Position numbers and translations under genes: made by a program. The notes beneath the pieces were generated by a model. The model was given only the letters and a program-made list of their open reading frames with translations. It was not told where the DNA came from and searched no databases. A stretch of 64,000 nucleotides of DNA from Octopus vulgaris (lineage: Eukaryota): NCBI GenBank assembly GCA_951406725.2, contig OX597836.1:28520001-28584000 (forward strand), written 5' to 3'. This document shows, one piece after another, positions 40,862-53,967 of the stretch. Within the stretch, counting starts at the first letter, position 1. The number at the start of each line of letters is the position of its first letter.

Positions 40862-43254
40862 GTTAGTTAACAAAAAACATATACCAGAAAGAGGCACACT
40901 CTAAAAAAATAGAGCAGTAATTATTACAACAATATATATATATATATAAGGAGAGTTTACGAAAAAAACAAAAGAGGAAGACAGGTGGTATACAAAATAA
41001 ACAGATGTATTAGTATAACGTTCAGGAATAGAAAAAGTCTTTTACATTTTGAGCCTATGCTCTTCTACAGAAAGGGACACAGAAAAAACAAGGAGAGAAA
41101 ATATGTATATATATACACACACACACACATATAATATTAAGATTCAGGTGAATAAGGCACTTGGATGGTAAAGCACCAGATTGGGTCAAAATTAAAATGC
41201 AAACACAGTGACTATAGATGGTACTGTGACTATATTGGTACTATAGATGGTACAGTGACTATATTAGTACTGAAGGGCAGGCAGAAAGCTATTCAGGTTA
41301 TGTATACAATTAATTGAACCCAATTAAATATATAATTATCTCTTGGCCTAATCCAGAAACACACATTGTATCAAATATAAGGCCCCTAATAGACTTTGTA
41401 TCATGCGAGGAGCAGGTTCTGAAACAGGTGAATCATAAATAAACAATTAAAAAATGATGGATAAGTGGCAATTCATTACAGCTGTTTCTAACGAATTTTT
41501 AAAATTGTTTAATGGATACATTACATCATTATAAAAAAAAAAACTGTTTTCTTCGGATGAGTAGATGAACCAGAACATTAGGAAAAATTTTAAACATTTA
41601 AAAATCCACAGCAAGTGTATGTTTCATGATTTCACAACCTTTGTTGGTTGCAGAAGGTCGGGAAATCGTCAATGTCTATAACTTTCACAGCAACAGCTCT
41701 GGTATCAATACACATGGAAGTGTCTAACGTACAGTCAAGCAACATGGCCATCCAACCTATCCAATGAACATGGTCACTCAACATGTCCACTCAACCTATC
41801 CACTCAACATGGCCATCCAGCCTATCCAATGAACATGGTCACTCAACATGTCCACTCAACATGGTCACTCAACATGTCCACTCAACATGTTCACTCAACA
41901 TGGTCACTCAACATGGCCATTCAACATGTCTACTCAACATGGTCACTCAGCATGGCCACTCAACATGTTTATTCAACATGTTCACTCAACATGTCCACTC
42001 AACATGTTCACTCAACATGGCCACCCAACTTGTCCACTCAACATGTTCACTCAACATGGCCACCCAACTTGTCCACTCACCATGGCCACTCAACATGGCC
42101 ACCCAAAATGTCCACTACTTCATCCATTGAAATGTCTTCCCAGCACTCTACATCTCTCAGGGAACATCACAATTCCTGAATTACTGTTACTGCCAATGGC
42201 AAATTCCTCGCCCACCCACCTGTATTCTCTAGCCATTTTGAGGTGGATTCTAAGAGCTTTCCTTTCAACATAATGATGTTGTTTACGACATACTTACTTG
42301 TGGATTTCTCTTTACAGTTCATCTCTTCTTGACCATTCGGACAGTCTGGAATGCCATCACATACGTAGTTCTGGTGAATGCATTTACCATTCTGACACAT
42401 GTGCTCGTTTTTCATACATGCACTTACATCTGAAATATAAAGACATGACATTGACCTTCTAACACACAAGGCTATACAAACATATACACATCGCACATAT
42501 AAACACAGACAATAGCAATACATACACACATTTACACAAATACAACAATAAATATAAGTCACATACATGAAATAAAATAACCCTTTCTACTGAAGACACA
42601 ATGCCTGGAATTTTGGGGGAGGGGACTAGTCGATTACATCGACCCCAGTATCTGACTGGTACTTAATTTATTGACACCAAAAAGATGAAAGGCAAAGTTG
42701 ACTGTGGCAGAATTTGAACTCAGAACGTAAAGACAGACAAAATACCAATAAGCATTTTGCCTGCCATGCTAATGTTTCTGCCATCTCAATGCCTTAAAAG
42801 AAGTAAATATTCTTTTCTATTCTAGGCACATGGTGCAAAATTTTGAGGATGGGGCCAGTTGATTAGATCGACCCCAATATGTAACTGGTACTTAATATAT
42901 TGACCCTGAAAGCTGTTGGTTGATGCAGTTTGAAAGATAAAATGTGTTTATATATTCAAATTAGACACTGTTATCTATATTTGTAACATTGTGCATATGT
43001 AGATTTGAACTTATGCTTCATGCATTAGTACTCCAACACCTTATCCAGTCCTCTGCCAGGACAATAAGGAGAATATGGACAGGCAATAGACAGGCATAGA
43101 TGTGGCTGTGTGGTAAAGAGTTGGTTTGACAACCACATGGTTCTGGTTTCAGTCCCATTGCATGGTACTTTAGGCAAATGTGGTCTACTATAGCCTTGGG
43201 CTGACCAAAGCCTTGAGAGTGGATTTGGTAGATGGAAACTGATAGAAATCCATT

Positions 43255-43286
<32 letters not shown>

Positions 43287-44499
43287 CTTAGAAGGTTTGG
43301 AGATGATGTACAGGTATTATATATTAGAAGAAATGAGATACTCAGAAATCTGGATGGTTTTATATTTACAGACATTTATTAGTATGTTACATATTTTTAT
43401 AAATTAGCGCTTTTGTCGACTCTAGTGGAGTCTTCAAATTGAAGACTCCACTAGAGTGATTGAAAGCGTTCATGTAAAAAGCACCATCCGACCGTGGCCG
43501 TTTGCCAGACTTGTCTGGCACCTGTGCAGGTGGCACGTAAAAAGCACCCACTACAGTCATGGAGTGGTTGGCGTTAGGAAGGGCATCCAGCCGTAGAAAC
43601 ATTGCCAGATCAGACTGGGCCTCGTGCAGCCTACTGGCTTCCCAGACCCCAGTTGCACCGTCCAACCCATGCTAGCATGGAAAGCGGACGCTAAACGATG
43701 ATGATGATGATGTAACATAATAATAAATATCTGTAAATATAAAACCATCCAGATTTCTGAGTACCTCATTTCTTCAAATATATATATACTTGTGTGTGTA
43801 TGTGTGTGTATATGCATATATCTATTCATGTCTGTGTTGTTGTGTTCGTGTTAGACTCCCACTATTACTTGTCAACCAGTGTTGGTTTGTTTACATCCCT
43901 GTAGCCAAGCAGTTTGGCAGAAGAGACCAATAGAAGTACCGGGCTTAAAAAACAATCACTGAGTGTAATTTATTCAACTAAAACCCTTCAAGGCAGTGCC
44001 CCAGCATGGCCAGCATCCAATGACCGAAACAAGTAAAAGACAAAAGACAATAGCTAACGGGAACAGAGAATGAATTTTCAGTTGGGGTCAGATGGGGGTC
44101 ACGAAACAGTGTAATTTGTTGCCATGGAGACAACAGGAACAGAAAGAAGACTTACACGCTGATTAATTCTCACCTGTCTGTTTGTCCGTTGGGGTTTTTG
44201 CCATAAATTTGTAGTTCTAACTTTATATCTGATTTAAGGGCTTACCTGTCGCTTCTGTTGTTGTTGCTGGTATTGTAGACCCACCAACTGGACAGTTCTT
44301 CTCATCGCTGGCATCTGGACAGTCATAGAGACCATCGCAGATAAATGCCTGGTCTATACACTGACCGATCTTGCAATGGAATTCATTAGGTTTACATCCT
44401 AAGCCAAAACAATTCAAGAGAAAAAGTTTAAAAAATAAAGCTAAAAGAATCATCATTAACATCACTGTAATGCACAGGACAGACAACAAAATTACCTGA

Positions 44500-44546
<47 letters not shown>

Positions 44547-44666
44547 CAATAGTAATACTTCACAGAGTTCTTGAAGCCTGACCCGTAAACAAGTGTCACC
44601 TTAGTCTGCTGGCTGTGGACAGTTAACACTTTCCATCATACCCACCAAAATTAGCTGTGAGTTTTC

Positions 44667-44706
<40 letters not shown>

Positions 44707-45634
44707 CCTTTCTACTCTAGGTACAAGGCCTGAAATTTTTGGGGAGTGGACCAGTCGATTAGATCGACCCCAGTACTTGACAGGTACTTAATTTATCAAC
44801 CTCGAAAGGATGAAAGGCAAAGTCAACCTTTGCGGAATTTGAACTTGGAACTTAACGGCAGACGAAATACCACTAAGCATTTTGCCCGGCGTGCTAACAA
44901 TTCTGCCAGCTCACTGCTCTAATAATAATAATAATAATAATAATAATGATAATAATAATCTTTTCTACAATAGGCACAAGGCCTGAAATGTTAGGTAGGA
45001 GGTAAGTCAATTACATTGACCCCAGTGTTCAACTGGTACTTTATTTTCTCAATCTCGAAAGGATGAGTGGCAAAGTTGACCTCAGCAAAATTTGAACTCT
45101 GAATGTAAAACCATGCTGCTAAGAGTTTAGCCAGCATGCTAATAACAACAACAAAAGAATGATTTATTTAATGAAGGCATGTAAATATGTGTGTATTTAT
45201 ATAAGTATGTATGTATGCATATTTATATATATACTTATTATATTACATATTATATTTACTTATTATATTATATTAAACTTTTTAATACCTTTTTGATGGT
45301 TATAAAAATAAATAAATAAATATAAATATTAAAAAATTAGAAGTTTAAAAATTTATAAATTTAAAAAATATAAAATAATATAAAAATTTATAAATATAAA
45401 TTAAAAAAAATTTTAAATTTAAATATTTTAATTTTAAATTTTATATATTTTGTATATTATATTAATTATATTTATTTTTATGTTTTGGTTTATGTTTTTC
45501 ACTGTTTGATTTGCCTAATAGTGGTTTTATTTCTAATTTAATTTATATTTATACTGTGAAATTTGATTTAATCCTAAATCTAATTTTTCCCTTTAAGTTT
45601 GGATTCACTCCCTAATATTATTATTATATATATA

Positions 45635-45666
<32 letters not shown>

Positions 45667-46443
45667 ATGCTACCTAAATATGTATTGAATACACCAGAAG
45701 GAAGAGTGAGACCCAGATAAACTTTAATACTGCTCTGTCTTACATTCCAAAAAGTACCGACTCTACCCGGGAGACCCATGCAGTGTGATTTGTGTGGGTA
45801 CACATTGGTGACTACCCCAAACATTTAAGGTAGGAAGTTAATTGGAATTCTCCCCGAAGCAGAAGAATAAAACATGAGCAATAATCTATAGAAGACAAAC
45901 AGAAGATTGTAAAGCAGGTTTAATGGGCCCCTAAGGTGCTGCTGAGACTATTTTGCAGCTTATTTGGTGTTGTAGACTGCAGTACAGGGATCCTGACATG
46001 AATTTTTTTACAAGCTTAGAACAGAATTATTTCCGCAATAGATAAACGGTGATTCACTGGGGGAAGAGAAGCAAAAAAAAAAAAAGAAAAGCAACAAAGA
46101 TAAAAGAGAAGCAAAGTAAAGAAGAAGAAAAAGAAGAGATGAATGAGAAACAGAATGATAACAACGGATGAATGATAGACATGAATGAATGAGAAGGAAA
46201 GTCATGAATGAGTGACTAAAGATAAAGATTATATACTCTTTACTCTTTTACTTGTTTCAGTCATTTGACTGTGGCCATGCTGGAGCACCGCCTTTAGTTG
46301 AGCAAATCGACTCTGGGACTTATTCTTTGTAAGCCCAGTACTTATTCTATCGGTCTCTTTTGCCGAACAGCTAGGTGACGGGGACGTAAACACACCAGCA
46401 TCGGTTGTCAAGCAATGCTAGGGGGACAAACACAGACACACAA

Positions 46444-46491
<48 letters not shown>

Positions 46492-49400
46492 ACAGGCTTC
46501 TTTCAGCTTCCGTCTACCAAATCCACTCACAAGGCATTGGTCGGCCTGGGGCTATAGCAGAAGACACTTGCCCAATGTGCCATGCAGTGGGACTGAACCC
46601 GGAACCATGTGGTTGGTTAGCAAGCTACTTACCACACAGCCACCCCTGCACCTATATAGAAGATGAATGAATGAGATGAAAGCAAAATGAATGACAGACG
46701 AAATGCGAGCAGTAAATCATCATCGTTGTTGTTGTTGTTGTTCCTGCTTTAGCATTCACTTTCCATGCTTGGAATGATGGATGCAGTTTATTGAAGCAGA
46801 TTACCTGTGGCTGGATGCCTTTCCTGTCATCAACCTTCAACTATTTCCAAGTAAGATAACATTTCCCCCATGGCCAGGCACATTCTCACAGAATCTTGGG
46901 AAAGAATGACACTGCTTGTATAACAGTGAAACTCATTTACAACTATCATGTGATGTCTAGACAAGGAAAAACAAACATACACACATATGTACATATATAA
47001 TGGGCTTCTTTCAGTTTCCATCAACCAAATCCATTCACAAGGCTTTGGTTGGCCTGGGACTGTAGTAGAAGACACTTGCCTAAGGTGCCATGCCATAGGA
47101 TTGAACCCCAGAACATGTGGTTGGGAAGCAAGCTTCTTACCACACAGCTGCATCTGCACTTGATGAACAGAAAATAAAAGATATGACATGAAATGATGAA
47201 TAGGCGCAGGAGTGGCTGTGTGGTAAGTAGCTTGCTAACCAGCCACATGGTTCCGGATTCAGTCCCACTGTGTGGCACCTTGGGCAAGTGCCTTCTGCTA
47301 TAACCCTGGGCCGACCAATACCTTGTGAGTGGATTAGGTAGACGGAAACTGAAAGAAGCCCGTCGTATATATGTATATATATGTATATGTATGTATGTCT
47401 ATGTGTTTGTGTGTCTGTGTTTGTCCCCTAGCATTGCTTGACAACAGATGCTGGTGTGTTTACGTCCCCATCACTTAGTGGTTCAGCAAAAGAGACCGAT
47501 AGAATAAGTACTGGGCTTACAAAGAATAAGTCCCGGGGTCGATTGGATTGACTAAAGGCGGTGCTCCAGCATGGCTGCAGTCAAATGACTGAAACATGTA
47601 AAAGAGAAAGAGAGAATGAAAGCCAAATGACAAATGAAATGTGAAATAATGATGAAAGAAGGGATGAATGAGATGCAAAATAATAGACAAGAAAGAAGAG
47701 TGAATGAGAAATAAGAGATGAACGAATAGGAAAAACAATGAATGAGAGCCAACAGTTAATAAGAAGCGAATGATGGATGAAAGACAGAATGATTAACACA
47801 AGAGGAGTTGAATAAAAGATAGAAATCGAGAGGTAAATTTTGAAAAATTGACTAAAATACAAACTAGAAGCATAAGATGAACGATAGGCAAAAGTTGTAA
47901 GAGAGATACATGTTGAGGAAGAAGTAGAATGAAGAAGAGGCAAGAGCTATGGAGGTGATGGAGATGAAAGTATGAAAGAGATGATGCAATGTTGAAGATA
48001 AATAGTTGACCAACTGTAATAGTTTGGATCTATATATATGTAAGTGGCATTGATGAACAAATAAACCAAATATGAAGGGTGAGCGGCAAAATTGAATGAA
48101 AAGATAAGATGAACCAATGACAAAACTTTTTGATGAACCAATGACAAAACTTTTTGATGAACCAATGACAAAACTTTTTGATGAACCTATGACAAACCTT
48201 TTTGATGAACCAATGACAAACCTTTTTGATGAGCCACTGACAAACCTTTTTGATGAACCAATGGCAAACCTTTTTGATGAACCAATGGCAAACCTTTTTG
48301 ATGAACCAATGACAAACCATTTTGATGAACCAATGACAAACACTTTTGATGAACCAATGACAAAGCTTTTTGATGAACCAATGACAAACACTTTTGATGA
48401 ACCAATGACAAAGCTTTTTGATGAACCAATGGCAAACCTTTTTGATGAACCAATGACAAACACTTTTGATGAACCAATGACAAAGCTTTTTGATGAACCA
48501 ATGACAAACCTTTTTGATGAACCTATGACAAACCTTTTTGATGAACCAATGTCAAACCTTTTTGATGAACCAATGACAAACCTTTTTGATGAACCAATGA
48601 CAAACCTTTTTGATGAACCTATGATAAACCTTTTTGATGAACCAATGACAAACCTTTTTGATGAACCAATGGCAAACCTTTTTGATGAACCTATGACAAA
48701 CCTTTTTGATGAACCAATGGCAAACCTTTTTGATGAACCAATGACAAACCATTTTGATGAACCACTGACAAACCTTTTTGATGAACCAATGGCAAACCTT
48801 TTTGATGAACCAATGACAAACCTTTTTGATGAACCAATGGCAAACCTTTTTGATGAACCAATGGCAAACCTTTTTGATGAACCAATGACAAACCATTTTG
48901 ATGAACCACTGACAAACCTTTTTGATGTCAACCTGCCTGAAATTGCCTTTGATTCTGTGATAAAATTACCTGTTTAAAAGTGATCTATATTAAAACCTAC
49001 CATCAAAATTTCATGTTAATTTGTGTTCCAAACACCAGCTTAGTAGTAACAAACATGATAAAGAGGTTAAATGAAATGAAATGAAAATATAAACAAAATA
49101 AGGCAGACATAAATAAATAAAAGACAAAGATGATTGATGAGTAACAAATGGAATATATTAGAATAATTTTGGTAAGGTGTTGAATTAGAAGTATTAACTG
49201 AACAAGAGTTAAAATTGCAAGGACTGATGATGAAAGTTGAATGAAGAATGAGAGATGATATAGTTTTTGAGGAGAGAGAATTATTTTACAAGAAAAAACC
49301 CCCACAAAAAGTAACTTTGTTCAAAGTGGTGAAACTAACAGTAAGTATGTTTGGTCATGTTTGATATATTCATAATGGACAATATGTCTTGTCAAGACGT

Positions 49401-49612
49401 AGAATTGATCTTCTTTGCTCATTTTCATAAACTCTTCTGAGAACAAGATTTCGAAACAAACAGTACAGTTCCTCACTTTAAACAGCAGCAGAACTACAGA
49501 ACAATGAAACTGTTTCATTAGTTTATGATGCAGAGAAAATGCAATACATATATATATATATGTGAAACTCTGAGTAACAGTTTTTGTGATATTTCTGCTG
49601 CTTTTCAATAAA

Positions 49613-49651
<39 letters not shown>

Positions 49652-51976
49652 ATAAAATCCGTTCTGTCTGTCTGTGTGTGTGTCTTCTAGGATCTCGAGC
49701 ATCCTTCATCCAATTGTGCTCAAATTTGATATGTAAATACCGATGGTATCAGGGCATGTATAAGTCTTAAAAAAATTACAAAAATAAAATCGATTCCAGG
49801 TTACAATGTGATCGATAAAGCCGTGGCAATGTGCATTTGTACACGTAAGTACATCAGCTGTTGCAATCGATACTACGTGTATGCGAGAAAAATGCACGCG
49901 CAGTTTGCGCAAAAAAAGCTGGCCGGCTTGAAATAATGCCACAAAATGCAGTACATTTAAGAGACCAAAAAAGTAAGATGCAAAAGAGATATTTTCTTCA
50001 AACTTGGCATGAAGGAAGGAAAGACTATTTGGTTTCTCAAGAAGTTTTTTTTTCCTTAACTTCGTTTAACAAAATCAAAAATTTTATTGAAATATAGGCA
50101 TGCTTAATTATTTTTTAATGAAAAGAAAGCACTGATTGCTTTTTATTCAGCAGATATGATTCAGCACCATCCATTGCAGGTTTAAGGTGATAAATTTTTA
50201 TTTCACCAATTAACATCCATACAACTACAACAATTTTGGTTTGCTATGCGCTTTGTAGCCTGATCCATTATAGGAATTTTTTTATGAGTACCACAGGAAA
50301 ACTTCAGGCCTTGTCCCTATAGCAGAAAGGATTATTACTACTTCTATATTTTTGTTGTTGTTGCTGTTGTTTAACCCAAGGTCATCCTTGATTAAGCAGA
50401 ACTACAATCAAGGACATTCCAGCCTATTCAATTTTGTCTTTCATTAGGCATTATGTATCTAGGATCACATTATTCGATATGTCCATTGTTGTTTTCAGAT
50501 GGCAGGGATATTTTGAGGGAGATGTGGCTGTTATTTCTTGTAACCACACAGGCTTCCTCATTCACTTCACACTCCAGTTGTTGACCACTACTCTAATGTA
50601 ATGGTCAAGTATTAGAATACATAAGTATAGGGTCGATATAATCGACTTAATGTCCTTGTTTGTCCCCTCTATGTTTAGCTCCTTGTGGGCAATAAAGAAA
50701 TGAGAATACATAAGTATAACCACGCCTAAGTCTATATAAAGGTGAAGGGTTCCGAAATTTCTTTCTGAATAATCTGCACATGGGGTTTATTTATAGCAAT
50801 GAAATATATTTGTGCCATACATTAGCTTGCTCCATCCATCAAATCGACATTGCGTGCACAAGTGTGCCACATGTCAGATGTTGAAGCGGTTGCAGGGCAA
50901 TCTGAAATAAAGTGTTTTGCTCAAGAACATAATGCACCTCCCCAGTCAAGAAACTGAAACCAGGATCTAACGATTGAGAGTGGAACATTCTACTTGTTTT
51001 TTTTTTTTATCCTTTGACGTGGTCGAACAAACAATTCCAACCAGTGCTACTCTTCCTTTTGATCACTGGATATGAAACATGGCTCGCAAGACCACCTCGA
51101 TTCCGGTGATTTTCCTCAGTCACCATCTCACCCTCGTACACTAATCCATTGCTGGGTGTGCCTATTTACAGCCGAGTGGACTGGAGCAACGTGAAATGAA
51201 GTGTTTGGCTCAAGAACACAACACACAGCTGGTCAAGGAATTGAAACCACGATCTCATAACCGTGAGTGCAATATCCTAACCACCAGGCCAAGTGCCTTC
51301 ACTAAACACCTTAACACTCGAACCACAAGACCACACACCCTCTGTACAAAAGTAAAGGGAAAAGAGAGGCTGTAACAGTCCATGGTTGAATGTCTTCTTC
51401 TTCATACCGGAAGGTTTTTGATCTCGTTAGTGTCTTGTTAAAATGTTGCCTTGATAAATTGTTGCTGATTGGAAACCCTGTCAGAGTCTAATATGCATAA
51501 TGGTCAGTTTAGTGTTGCACACTTTAAAAACGATGTGTTTGTGGTGTTTAATTTGGTTGTTGAAGAAGATTACTACCTGGCAGTGTTGCAACGGTTGGCA
51601 TTGCATTTTGGTGACATCCTTCTTCATCAGTTTTGTCATCGCAATCAATGACGGTATCGCAGCGGAATGGCAGCGGAATACAGAGACCAGTGAGACAACG
51701 GAACTCATCGTTGGCACAACCTTGTAAAGACAATAACAATGAAAAAAATGACATGACTGCAGACATATACACACACACACACTCAAATGCACACGTACAG
51801 ACATGAGTACATGCAAGGTGATAAGGTGTCTTATTCTGAACACTTTTGTTTTACTTTGGACATGTACGTATGCATACAGAGAAAACACTGTGCTGCCCAG
51901 TCTGGGATTCTTGTGATTGTGAGTGCAACATCCTAACCACTATGCCACGTGTACTCACTATCCAGAAAACATATCC

Positions 51977-52019
<43 letters not shown>

Positions 52020-52328
52020 ATAAAATAATATGTGACAATTATTCAATAGCCAAGATAAAACTCTGAGTTTCGGATGCCGAGGTGGAAATCCACAACACCA
52101 TCTCTTTGGTTATCTGGCCATCTGAAAAATGCTATCTTAGCTATATTAGCGTTTTTCAGATGGCCAGATAACCGAAGAGATGGTGTTGTGGATTTCCACC
52201 TCGGCATCCGAAACTCAGAGTTTTATCTTGGCTATTGAATAATTGTCACATATTATTTTACAGATAAATTTCCTCTCTTTACATAATATTGAGGTCTCTT
52301 TCTTTCTTTTGTTATCTTACCGTTTTTA

Positions 52329-52389
<61 letters not shown>

Positions 52390-53659
52390 ATATAACTTAT
52401 GATGATGAAAGTCAACAAAGTTTGCTTTAGAAGTGTTGAGCTGTATTGAAAGATAAGGATAAGGAAATAATTTTATTCTCAAATGCATGGTAATGCTAAT
52501 ACAATAGCCTGAACAGGATAAACTATCCATATATTGCAGGAAAAAATCATTACCCGCCAGCCATGAAGCTCGAACTCACATCCCTGTGATTACGCATCAA
52601 GTGCTTTACCTTTAAGCTAAACTGCCCAGTAATGAATTGTTCTGCAATTTTAGGATTTTATAAATCTATCTTTATACGACACTAACATTAAATTCAACTT
52701 ACGATGAAAGGTATATATATGAGAGTATTGCAGCTCACTTGAAGCATTGTGTATTGTTTGCAAAGAATAAAAAGTTTTGAATGGTACAACAATGCACTAT
52801 AATAACTGTTGTAAGTTAGTCATTCCTTCTTCAGATATTCTTAGATGGAGTCACTGCTCATCTAAGAATATCTGAAGAAGGAATATTATTCCGAAATATC
52901 ATATCAGACTATAGATGACTAAATTACAACAGGTATATAGCCCATTGTCTGTATTATAGTGCATTGTTGTACCATTCAAAATTTTTTATTCTTTATATAT
53001 ATATACATGATGGATTCTCTTGTAAAATAAAGCATTGATCCTGTTCAATGAACACGAATGAGTCTCTTGAGGCCTGCTGGTTCCTTACAAACCTTTTGGC
53101 AAATGGAACAAGTTGAGCACTCAGTTTGTTTGAGTGTTTGTGGATTATTTACTATGTGTTTTTTTGAGTGAATGGCCAGGCCTGTTTTGCTTCATGCCGC
53201 AAAACCACAATGACAGGTAAGGTTTTCATTTAGAGGAGCAGCATTTTGCCAGCATGTCTTCATGCTTGCATGAAGTTGGTCTCAGCGTTGGAGCTAATTT
53301 TGCTCAAATTTTTGAACTGAGAAGAAGCAGGATTGGCGCCAGGTTTTGCTTTCTGATGCTTTGTTTTCTCAAGAACAAAAGGGAATATTGCATCATTTCA
53401 GAGCGTCTTTTAGTTTGTCCTTGAAGTGCAAGAGTGGCCTTCCAACTGACCTTCTTGTTGAGAACTGGCCAAAGAGAAGTTACTTTGGAATTCTGGTATC
53501 ACTCATACATGAGAGATGACCTGACCATCAAAGCTGTATTTTGATGAGGATGGCTTCAATACCTGATATGTTGCATTTTGTAAATATTTGACTGTTATAA
53601 ATATAGTCAATCGGTTTTATGTTGGAGATAGTAAGCAAGCACATATGTATATTCATGTA

Positions 53660-53718
<59 letters not shown>

Positions 53719-53820
53719 ATCATCATCATCATCATTGCTTAATGTCCACTTTCCATGCTGGCATGGGTTGGACAGTTTGACTGAAGATTGGCAAGCCAGG
53801 AAGCTGCATCAGGCTCCAAA

Positions 53821-53877
<57 letters not shown>

Positions 53878-53923
53878 ATATGCATACATATATACATACA
53901 AGCACACACTTGCATACATACAT

Positions 53924-53967
<44 letters not shown>

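Noticed and set aside
44174-44216. Possible small exon with gtgaga donor
   Set aside because: 43 nt (frameshifting) and would need a 29-nt intron
48117-48977. + strand 286-aa ORF (LFDEPMTN)n
   Set aside because: Open only because the 24-bp unit has no stop; antisense to the host gene with no supporting gene signals
51408-51477. Possible 70-nt minus-strand exon
   Set aside because: Phase 1 to 2 would break the frame of downstream phase-1 exons; no compensating exon found
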